Shown one piece after another: positions 48,634 to 59,022 of a stretch of 64,000 nt of DNA. Numbering within the stretch: position 1 is the stretch's first letter; each line of letters opens with the position of its first letter. Source of the DNA: Octopus bimaculoides. Lineage: Eukaryota. Position numbers and translations under genes: made by a program. Location: positions 72,559,501 through 72,623,500 of the forward strand of contig NC_068987.1 in the NCBI RefSeq assembly GCF_001194135.2, given 5' to 3'. A model generated the notes under the pieces. That model was not told the origin of the DNA and made no database searches. It worked only from the letters and a program-made list of their open reading frames with translations.

Positions 48634-49622
48634 NNNNNNNNNNNNNNNNNNNNNNNNNNNNNNNNNNNNNNNNNNNNNNNNNNNNNNNNNNNNNNNNNNN
48701 NNNNNNNNNNNNNNNNNNNNNNNNNNNNNNNNNNNNNNNNNNNNNNNNNNNNNNNNNNNNNNNNNNNNNNNNNNNNNNNNNNNNNNNNNNNNNNNNNNNN
48801 NNNNNNNNNNNNNNNNNNNNNNNNNNNNNNNNNNNNNNNNNNNNNNNNNNNNNNNNNNNNNNNNNNNNNNNNNNNNNNNNNNNNNNNNNNNNNNNNNNNN
48901 NNNNNNNNNNNNNNNNNNNNNNNNNNNNNNNNNNNNNNNNNNNNNNNNNNNNNNNNNNNNNNNNNNNNNNNNNNNNNNNNNNNNNNNNNNNNNNNNNNNN
49001 NNNNNNNNNNNNNNNNNNNNNNNNNNNNNNNNNNNNNNNNNNNNNNNNNNNNNNNNNNNNNNNNNNNNNNNNNNNNNNNNNNNNNNNNNNNNNNNNNNNN
49101 NNNNNNNNNNNNNNNNNNNNNNNNNNNNNNNNNNNNNNNNNNNNNNNNNNNNNNNNNNNNNNNNNNNNNNNNNNNNNNNNNNNNNNNNNNNNNNNNNNNN
49201 NNNNNNNNNNNNNNNNNNNNNNNNNNNNNNNNNNNNNNNNNNNNNNNNNNNNNNNNNNNNNNNNNNNNNNNNNNNNNNNNNNNNNNNNNNNNNNNNNNNN
49301 NNNNNNNNNNNNNNNNNNNNNNNNNNNNNNNNNNNNNNNNNNNNNNNNNNNNNNNNNNNNNNNNNNNNNNNNNNNNNNNNNNNNNNNNNNNNNNNNNNNN
49401 NNNNNNNNNNNNNNNNNNNNNNNNNNNNNNNNNNNNNNNNNNNNNNNNNNNNNNNNNNNNNNNNNNNNNNNNNNNNNNNNNNNNNNNNNNNNNNNNNNNN
49501 NNNNNNNNNNNNNNNNNNNNNNNNNNNNNNNNNNNNNNNNNNTTGTTTATATATATATATATTTTTTTATTTATGTGTTTCAGCCAAGTGGCTGCGGTCA
49601 TGCTGGTGCACCACCGTGAGAA

Positions 49623-49657
<35 letters not shown>

Positions 49658-49659
<2 letters not shown>

Positions 49660-50553
49660 AGGTCTGATCAATAAATATCCAGACTGTTGCTATAATAATG
49701 AAGCTAAAGCACAGTGAGTGAAGCTGCTTGGCACAAATTGACTTTGAACTCTGCTGTGCATGCACACTAAGTTTTAACATTCGAACTCACTTCCGCTGTT
49801 TACAGCAGTACTTGGAAGGAAGGCGTGTAGTGTGTGATTGTTGCATTGACCAGAACAGAGAAAGTTGAGCAGAGAATCTGCATCAAATTTTACCAAAAGC
49901 TTAGTAATACCTGCTCAGAGGCCTATGCAAAATTTTCAAACAGTTTTCATTGTTCTCGATACAACCAAGGAGATCATTGTGTAACTGAAAACCAAGTGTC
50001 CTTTTAGTCAGCTGAAAGCAGTTTGGGCACAAACTTGGCAGATATGCGTCTCATACACAAAACTTCAGTGCCAATGGACGGATCAGAACCATAACTAATT
50101 TGCACATCCTCTGACAACACATGGATGGTGATTTGACGATTACCCCTTACAGCTGCATGCACATCTGTGATGTTTTTCTCAGTTCTGCTGGTTGCAGATC
50201 TCCCAGAACATTTGTCAATATTGACATTTTTTCAGCCATCTTGGAAACATCTGCACCACTCATACACTTGTGACGGCTTACACACTCTCCTCCAAACACT
50301 TTCTGGAACTTTGCATAGGCCTCTGAGGAGGTATTGTCATGACAACTTTCTCTGTCATGATCAATGTGATGATCACACGCTACACACCTTCCTTCCAAGC
50401 ACTACTGTAAACAGCAGAAGTGAGCTAGAATGTTAAAACTTAGTGCACAGGCACTGCAGAGTTCAAGGTCAATCTATGCCAAATTTGTTTCACTCTGCAT
50501 GCTTTAGCTTTGTTACTATAGCAACAATTCTGATACTTATTGATCAGCCCTTG
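49658..50553. mobile_element. Non-autonomous mariner derivative built from two inverted 5' ends
   Basis: Ends CAAGGTCTGATCAATAA / TTATTGATCAGCCCTTG with ~250-290-bp imperfect inverted arms. Transposase HTH fragments occur on both strands (QRICIKFYQKL..SEAYAKF on +; SSEAYAKFQKVFG.. on -). Confidence 0.8.
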
Positions 50554-51479
50554 TGTGTGTGTGTGTGTGTGTATGAGAGTATTGTAGTTCGCTTGAAGCA
50601 TTTTAGCTTCTAAGAAGATCTGAAGAAGGAATTGTAATTCCGAAATATCATCAGACTATAGATAACCGTATTACAACAGGTATATAGTCAATTTTTTGTT
50701 TTATAGTGCATTGTTGTACCATTCTAAACTTTTTATTCTTTATATATATATATATATATATAGATATGTACATACTAGTGGTGCCCCAGCATGGCCACAG
50801 CCTTAGGGCTGAAACATGTAAAAGAATAAAAAAAAATACATATATACATATATATGGATGTGTGTGTATATATATATTTAAACACACACATGTGTGTGTG
50901 TATACGCACACACACCTATAATGTATAAATATATATTTAAATACATGCGTGTGTGTGTGTGTGTGTGTGTGCACCTGCATGCACACAAACACACACAGAG
51001 GTACTTCATGAATAAATGGGATTTTTTCAATCTGACTTACAGATTTTCTAATTAATTTTTTTTAACTAAACACTTTCAAACTTCGGATACTGTTGTACAT
51101 GCACACTCATATTGCACATCCAGTGTCTACTACTATAGCCTCAGGTCGATCAAAGTCTTGTGAGTGGATTTGGTAGACGGAGGCTGAAAGAAGCCCGTCA
51201 TATATATATATTATATATACACACGTGTGTGTGTTTGTATGTCTGTGTTTGTTCCCGTCATCGCTTGACAACTGATGTTGATGTGTTTACATCCCCGTAA
51301 CATAGAGGTTCGGCAAAAGAGACCGATAGAATAAGCACTAGGCTTACAAAGAATAAGTCCCGGGGTCGATTTGTTCGGCTAAAGGCGGTGCTCCAGTATG
51401 GCCGCAGTCAAATGACTGAAACAAGTAAAAGAAACACATCTCAGAATCGTATTTCGTTTCGGTGTTTTCTTTTTTAAGT

Positions 51480-51650
51480 AACCTTTTACTTGTTACCTGC
51501 GTGAATCAAGCTTTGAATTTTTCTTCTTAAACTTCCGGTATTCGCCGAAGGTCACTTCCTGTTAGTGTCACACTTGTTCAGTTACGTTTATCCCATACGA
51601 CGTGTTGCGTCCTAACAGTCTGAACTTTTGTTAGAAGTTTATGTGTAAGT
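51480..51650. promoter_or_regulatory. CpG-rich promoter/first exon region for RAD17, possibly bidirectional
   Basis: ETS-type ACTTCCGG (51531-51538) and CACTTCCTG (51553-51561); retained CpGs; plus-strand donor ATGT|GTAAGT at 51644/51645; minus-strand donor GCAG|GTAACA at 51497/51496. Confidence 0.5.
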
Positions 51651-53194
51651 TCATATTATTATATTACAAATTGCAAGTAAGAAATCAAAAAGAAAAGATA
51701 AGCCAAAAAAAAAAAAAAAGTTGAAAACTTTTTGATATCAAAATTGTTTTGAAATTATTACAACGGAAAAAAAAATTCAAATTTGACAACGAATGAAATG
51801 GTATATTTAAAGTTTCACACCAGACTCGAACAACAAAGCGACGTTTGATAAACCGCTAATTCCAGCGAACAACCAAATATAAACGTTTTAATTAGAATAT
51901 ACAATCTGTAAATGGAATTAACTGATTATATATATGAGGTAAATTAAAACGATTGCAAGGAAAAAGGAAAAACTGCAGGGGTCGGGAAGGGGAATTTCCG
52001 AGGTTCCGCTCCACCCACNNNNNNNNNNNNNNNNNNNNNNNNNNNNNNNNNNNNNNNNNNNNNNNNNNNNNNNNNNNNNNNNNNNNNNNNNNNNNNNNNN
52101 NNNNNNNNNNNNNNNNNNNNNNNNNNNNNNNNNNNNNNNNNNNNNNNNNNNNNNNNNNNNNNNNNNNNNNNNNNNNNNNNNNNNNNNNNNNNNNNNNNNN
52201 NNNNNNNNNNNNNNNNNNNNNNNNNNNNNNNNNNNNNNNNNNNNNNNNNNNNNNNNNNNNNNNNNNNNNNNNNNNNNNNNNNNNNNNNNNNNNNNNNNNN
52301 NNNNNNNNNNNNNNNNNNNNNNNNNNNNNNNNNNNNNNNNNNNNNNNNNNNNNNNNNNNNNNNNNNNNNNNNNNNNNNNNNNNNNNNNNNNNNNNNNNNN
52401 NNNNNNNNNNNNNNNNNNNNNNNNNNNNNNNNNNNNNNNNNNNNNNNNNNNNNNNNNNNNNNNNNNNNNNNNNNNNNNNNNNNNNNNNNNNNNNNNNNNN
52501 NNNNNNNNNNNNNNNNNNNNNNNNNNNNNNNNNNNNNNNNNNNNNNNNNNNNNNNTATGGTTTTGAAATATTTCGAAAATGAGTATTTTACTCTAAATAT
52601 TATTTTAATGCTTAAAATTTAATATTTGGGAGTTTGACGGAATTCTGCTTTACGCATATAACTCCTCATACCTTTATTTGACGGACGCCGGATTAAGGAA
52701 GCACAAACAAGTTGGAATTTTCCCGTTTTGACAGGGATTTTTGAGATTTTTTTTTGCAGTGTCCTTAGAGATGCTCTGGATCGACGTTTTAGCAAAAGAA
52801 AAAAAAATATTTGCGAAAAGCGATGTTTTCTCCCCCTCTCCCACCGTTTCCCCCTCTCCGGACTGATTTCGGTCAATTTTGTTGGCACTGCGCACTTATA
52901 AATGGCAGAGGTAAAGAATATGCCGGGTGTGCGAATTCTTTACCTTCGCCTTCTACAGTTTTTAAGTGCATAGTTCCCCACAAACTCGGTCGGGGAGCAT
53001 CATTTTTTCGAAATTTTTTTTTGAAAAAAAGGCACCTGAATTTTTTGCTTAAATCTCAACAATTGACCATTAAAGGTGTTTATGGGGAGAAAGATATCGA
53101 AAAACAATCACTACGTCAGACTGACAAAAAAAAAATGAGATGTGCTAAAATAACAGCTAAATAGCCCTTAAATCACGTGGTGGACGCTTTAGTA

Positions 53195-54100
53195 GTTGCA
53201 GCCTCCTTTTTCTTGTTTCTCTTTTCTCTGTTACAAGTTCATCTAAAATTTGACAGGGCAACCTGGTCTCTTTCATTCTTGCTAAGTGGCCCGCTCACCT
53301 CTGACAATGTTTCAGGATGGTGGCCTTGATGCTGCTGCTTTTCATTCTTTCCAGAACAGACATCGGTCACATAGTCATTCCATTTGACATTCATAATAGA
53401 GTGGAGTCTCTGTTGATGAAATTGCTTTAGTCTTTTGATGTCATTTTGGTAGAGTCCAGGTTTCACAACCATAGAGGAGATTGGAGATCATGACTGCTTG
53501 GTAGACACTCAATTTTGTTTAGTGGTTCAGATCTTTGTTCTTAAAGACCTTTTTTGCGAGTCCTCCAAACACATTGTGAGCTGCTCTTAATCTGTTCTCC
53601 ACATCTTTTTCCGATGTATACTTGTTTGAAAGCAAACTTCCTAAGTATGAAAAGTGGTCAACTTTCTCCAGTGGCATCTCTGAAATGGCACTGTTGAGGT
53701 TTGGAGTTTCCTGACTTAGAATGTATTGTTCCAGGCCCAAAATCCTTCTGCTGCAGCACTACCTAGAGTGACATGCGAGGTCCAGAAGATGGGTGGCAAT
53801 GGAATTCCACTAGCTCCAATGTCATTAGAGTTTTGCTTTTCTAGCCAGTCTGTCTGGCATTGCCCTTTTTTTGCTAGGATCAAATGTTGAGTTCAGAGAT
53901 CTAGCTTCCTTCGCTGGGGTCTTAGTTTGGTGTGATGAGGGATAAGGACAGCACTCCTGTGCCCTTGCTTGATCAGATCTTGTTGGGTATCCACACACCC
54001 TAGTCCAAGATTCAGCAAGCTGAACCAAGAAGGTAGCCAGTTTAGTCGTTGACAGCCTGACCATAACTGGGTGTACGTGGTTACTCATTGTCTCCAAGGA
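53195..54100 (-). mobile_element. RTE LINE relic: 5'-like region joined to post-RT C-terminal fragment
   Basis: PLEKVDHFSYLGSLLS...EKDVENRLRAAHNVFGGL..KVF and KRLKQFHQQRLHSIMNVKW are RTE/BovB-like motifs. Confidence 0.8.
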
Positions 54101-56066
54101 GACACTTCAGCACCCATATGAGGGGTTATATACCTTGCATAAAGCAGAATTCCGCCAAATGTTACTTGGTTATTCATATATGTAAAAAAACCTCTATATC
54201 ATACAATTGTGAGCTGGTTTCAGTTGAAATCTTGTCACTTTTATCTCCTGCCCCTAACATTACACAATGGCATATCAAAAAATGATTTTACACTTCGAAC
54301 AATGTAAATTTTCATTAAGATTTATTGGTTATTTTCATTTTAGATTCTTCAATGTTATGGGTGCCTTTCTGCACAAGGGCATGCTGTAAGCAGGTGTCCG
54401 TATAAGGAGCACTATATTCAGATGTCGTCACACACATCAGTGTGTTTGTCTGTGTATATGATTACATGTAGAATATATATAGATATACACACATAATAAT
54501 TGCAGAATATGTCTTTAAGTACTTTGAAGACAGTTACCGCTTTTAATGATAACTGTATCCTACAATTTCAGAATGAAATTTTTGAAAATGCCTACTAGTT
54601 TACTATTCAAAGTAACTGTTACAAATTTAGAATTATAGTATTTTTCTTTATATTTAAAAAGAAACTGCTATACCGTCCTTAAATATTGTTTTGAGGAATT
54701 AAATAACGTGATTATATATATATATATATATTTATATTGCAGGTGTGGCTGTGTAGTAAGAAGCTTGCTTCACAACCACATGGTTCTGGGTTCAGTCCTA
54801 CTGAGTGGCACCTTGGGCAAAAGTCTTCAATAGCCCCAGGCTGTCCAAAGCTTTGTGAATGGATTTGGTAGGTGGAAACTGAAAGAAGCCTGTCATATAT
54901 TTATATATATTGTTTATATTATGTTAAACTGTCGTATGTCCAAATTTGGCCAAAGGTCTTTTTATTTTTCAATATTTATTTTTGCTTGCAATAGTTGGTT
55001 GTTTTGGTCAAACTATCGTATCCCCAGCTCTTTCAGATGCCAACATATCAAAACTTTTCAAAGTTTTGCTATAGAATGGTGAAACTATTTTTTTGTTTTC
55101 TGAAAAAGCAAAATTTTGGACTTGCAACACTTTTGCATAATAGCAAATGATATGCAATATTAAATATTCAAAGGAACCATGTACTTAAATGATAGGCACC
55201 AGATTGGGTTGAATTAACTTCTACACAGCACTTTTAGTTGAATAAATATCTTGGGTGCCAAAGTACATCCAATGAAAAATTCAGATTATGTATACAAAGA
55301 ATTTAACCCTTATGAGTATTTTAATAACTTATGGGCCAATCCAAAAGTGTATGCTTTGGCTGGAATCAATTTCGACTGGCCCACTGTGGTAAAGTGTTGT
55401 TCTTACGTTGTTTTAAAATGTTATGTATCATCCGATGAAAGCGATTTTGTTTAGTTATAAAGTAATATACTCATCTATTAAAGAAATCTGTTGGAAATCG
55501 TTGTAATGAAGTGACATATCCATTGTTGTTTGTCATATAAAATTGAAGTGTGTGTGTGTGTACAAAAATTTAATGTACCTCAATAACGTCTACCTCTTTC
55601 ATCCCATTTCTTTGAAATTTTATTCACAGCTGCTTCATATCCCTGACCCAAACATAGGCTACTTAGATTTTAAAAAAATCAATTTTGCTCACAACTTATG
55701 TGTTTTTCACCAATTTTTTTCCATGCTTGTACAAGTCAGAATAATTTTTATAATGGTTGTGGACACTTTCATACTGCTAACCCATCAACGAAGATTGGAA
55801 CTTGTTTTTGGCAATCTGTTAAGCTAGAGTAAGAAATGTTGTGCACCTTTCTCAGGTACAACACATTGTAGTGATAGATATAACGGGAAATCTTGACCTT
55901 GTAGTTACTAGTCCAATACCTTAACCTTTCATTTACTATGCATCACATCTCTATAACATTGTTCAACTTACTATAAATAGCAGCCAAATCTCCTTCAAAT
56001 GACATTGTGCTATTTGAGAAAAGAAGACATTGAATACTGTAGTCTGAAGTGCACAACACCTGAATA

Positions 56067-56193
56067 CAGGGTGTCCACAAGGTCTGGGTACATGAAGTAA
56101 ATATAATCATAGCATAAACAATTAAATATAAGAAATAATAATTTCTTAAAGTATGTGTTAATCCCCATGTACCCAGACTTTGTGGACACCCTG
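56067..56193. mobile_element. Tc1/mariner-type MITE, 127 bp
   Basis: 27-bp TIRs CAGGGTGTCCACAAGGTCTGGGTACAT / ATGTACCCAGACTTTGTGGACACCCTG (1 mismatch), flanked by TA on both sides. Confidence 0.9.
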
Positions 56194-56328
56194 TATAATG
56201 GGATTGCTATGATGGGACTGCCTTTGATGGTAGATGTGTGAAATGAGAGCTGACTCTAGTTAGGCAACACAGCAAATGATATGGTATAAAAAGAACTCGT
56301 TCTGATTAGTTTCTTATTGTCTTTTTAG

Positions 56329-56437
56329 TATCATCACATGCGGGACAGGTATGAAGAAAAATACCATTCAATGTACACTGTTTGAAAGCTTTTCTTCTGT
56401 ACAAGATGGAACAATGGATTCTTGCTCAGCAAAGAAG
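56329..56437 (+). CDS. RAD17: Probable upstream RAD17 exon containing the start codon(s)
   Basis: ctttttag|TATC...AAGAAG|gtaatt. One frame is open throughout, with ATGs at 56351 (MKKNTIQ...) and 56414 (MDSCSAKK); the phase-0 end fits the 58798 exon. No homology recognised in this exon itself. Confidence 0.55.
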
Positions 56438-57439
56438 GTAATTGTCTTTAATTTTGTTGCAATTTACATAGTGTATCAATCTTGTCTTTCACATAGAGAA
56501 AAGAGTACAGTTGATTGAATCCTCCTGGGTACATAACTGTCATTTGTTTTATTGCTTCTGGTGAGATTTGAACTCAGTAATTTAAAGAACAGGATTAAAT
56601 ATTTTAAGATATTTAGTAGTCTAAACTATCATCTCTGTTAAACGCCCTGCGCACGTAAGCGAAAGCAGGGTATTGTAATCACTCATCTTTGTGTTTGCAA
56701 AATTACTGGAAAATGGCTGAATGGATTTTCACCAAATTTGGCAGAAATACTCATTGGATGAGTGGCTTGAAATGATGAAAATTTGGTTTGATTATCTTCA
56801 AACATACGTTAATACATACATAGATATGCGACTGTGTGTGTACAGTGGGTTTTGTTTATTTATGAGTTGATTTCTTAATTTCACCAGAGTATAAATACCT
56901 ATAATGGTGATATTTAAAAAAAAAAATTTTTTTAAAATTAAAGTTACAAATTTCTCAATAAGCAAGTTTAGTCAAACATTTACAAAGCTTAATTCAGTTT
57001 AATTAAAAATCATGGGTAACCAACGCATTGTAAACCACACTATAACTTGGCAAAAAATTTATCTGCACACAGGGTATGCATTTCCCTTCTGATGCCTTTT
57101 TTTTTATCGTTTATAACTCTTTTGGCACATATCATTCTCCAACACCTTTATACATCTTTGAGCTAATCGTCCAAAATATTCCTTTCTACTAAAGGCACAA
57201 GGCCTTAAATTTTGGGAGAGGGGACTAGTCAATTACATCAACCCCAGTGCTTCACTGGTACTTAATTTACCAACCCTGAAAGGATGAAAGGCAAAGTTGA
57301 CCTTGGCGGAATTTGAACTTAGAACATAGCGATGGGTGAAATAAACGCTAAGCATTTCGTCCAGCATGCTAATGATTCTGCCAGCTCGAAGCCTTAATCA
57401 TGCAAAATAACTAGACATGTTCCAGCATAATGTTATCAC

Positions 57440-57773
57440 GTTACTCTACAGAGTTTATTCATTTATTTATTTATGCACCCTTTCAAAGCATAGCTAGGCT
57501 CATGGGCCCGGTTTCTATGGCGTATGTGTTCCTCCCCCAGCTGGACAGGACGTCAGTCCATCGCAGTGTTACTCAAGAAACAGGAAGAAAGAGTGAGAGA
57601 AAGTTGGGGGCGAAAGAGTACAACAGGGGTCGCCACCACCCCCTGCTGGAGCCTCGTGGAGCTTAGGTGTTTTTGCTCAATAAACACTCACAACGCCTGG
57701 TGTGGGAATCGAGACCGTGATCCTCCGACCGGGAGTCCGCTGCCCTAACCACTGGGCCATTGCGCCTCCACAC
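57440..57773 (-). mobile_element. SINE with the family C head but a different 3' body
   Basis: Head and ~190 nt match 46303-46497, then CACTGCGATGGACTGACGTCCTGTCCAGC...AGAAACCGGGCCCATGAG. Confidence 0.8.
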
Positions 57774-58797
57774 TCTACAGGGAACATATCATTTTATCTT
57801 ATGTAACTAGATACTTTGAAGTATTTTTTCTTTTTCAAATGTTGTTTTTTTCTTCACATTTTGTGCTAACCAGATAGGCAGTTTTTTTTTATGATGCAAA
57901 AAGCAGTATTTACTATCCTGCAGTGTTGACCATGTTATTCAGTTCGTCCTTTTAAAAGATAGTATGGTTTGAGGTAACTTTGGATGCTATCTCTAGCAGC
58001 TGGACTGACTTAAAAGCTCCTTAAATACTGACATATCATAAAGCAAATTTGTTCTAATTGCTATAGGAAACAGAATGCAATTATTAAAGGAGATTATAAG
58101 GCTGATGAAATTGGTGATAATACCACTATCATCATCTTTGAAATCTGAAACTGTATTTGTTTCTTGTATTTCTTCATATTGTTACATTTCATACAATTAT
58201 ATTTCAAGTGTAGAGGCTTGAGATAGAGCATTGGACTAATATGTTGCAATACTTAGTCTCTCATCTCAGGTTTCAAATCTCTATAGGATCAGTAAAAATA
58301 GATTTTATTAATATTTTTTCAAATTTTGCTGTTGTATGAAATGATTCTCTGCAAGCATGGCTGTGTGGTTAGGAAGCTTGCTTCCCAACCATTCGATCTT
58401 CAGGTTCAGTCCCACTGTGTAGCATCCTGGGCAAGTATTCTCTACTCTATCCTTAGGCTGACCAAACCCTTGTGAATGGATTTGACAGATGGAAACTGAA
58501 AGATGTTTGTCGTGTGTGTGTTTATGTATTACTTTGTCTAGACATCATATGATGGCTGCAGGTGAGCATCATCATCATACAAATAAAGTTATTTGTCTCC
58601 AGTCTAGCTATGTGAAAATATTACCTTGCTTGGAAATAGGTGAGGGTTGGCAATAGGAAGGGCATCCAACTTGAAAAAATCTGCCTCAACAAATTCCATC
58701 TGACCGTTAAAATGGTGATGAGGATGATGAGTTATTTCCTTTGAACAATTCTTGTTTATCAGTAAATAAATACATAAATTGTTTGTTTGATTTTCAG

Positions 58798-59022
58798 AAA
58801 AGTATGCAGTGGGTGTCTTCTGCCTTTGACAGTGGTAGTGAGCAGAACGAAACACAAAATATATCCAATACCAAAGCATTAAAAAGGAGTTTGAGTTGTG
58901 CTTTTAGTAACAAGTCAAAATGTAAACCACCCAAATACAGTAACTGTAAAACTTCTGGAATTAGTATGAAGGAAAATTCATTTGAAGAACTTTGGGTGGA
59001 TAAGCATTTCCCCTCGTCTGTG
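58798..59022 (+). CDS. RAD17: RAD17 (checkpoint clamp loader) coding exon
   Basis: ttttcag|AAA...GTG|gtatgt, 225 nt, phase 0/0. Encodes KSMQWVSSAFD...EELWVDKHFPSSV, resembling from memory human RAD17 TDWVDPSFD and EPWVDKYKPETQ (just upstream of the AAA+ domain). Confidence 0.8.

Noticed and set aside
38400-51480. TAF9/AK6 exons expected from vertebrate RAD17 synteny
   Set aside because: No histone-fold or P-loop (TGTPGxGKT) peptide seen; the gaps could still hide exons.
52555-53190. CpG-rich segment with a ~17-bp stem-loop (52906-52953) and TTAA-like ends as a Helitron or Kolobok fragment
   Set aside because: Termini and TSD could not be established because the left part is in a gap; it is probably a DNA-transposon fragment of unknown class.
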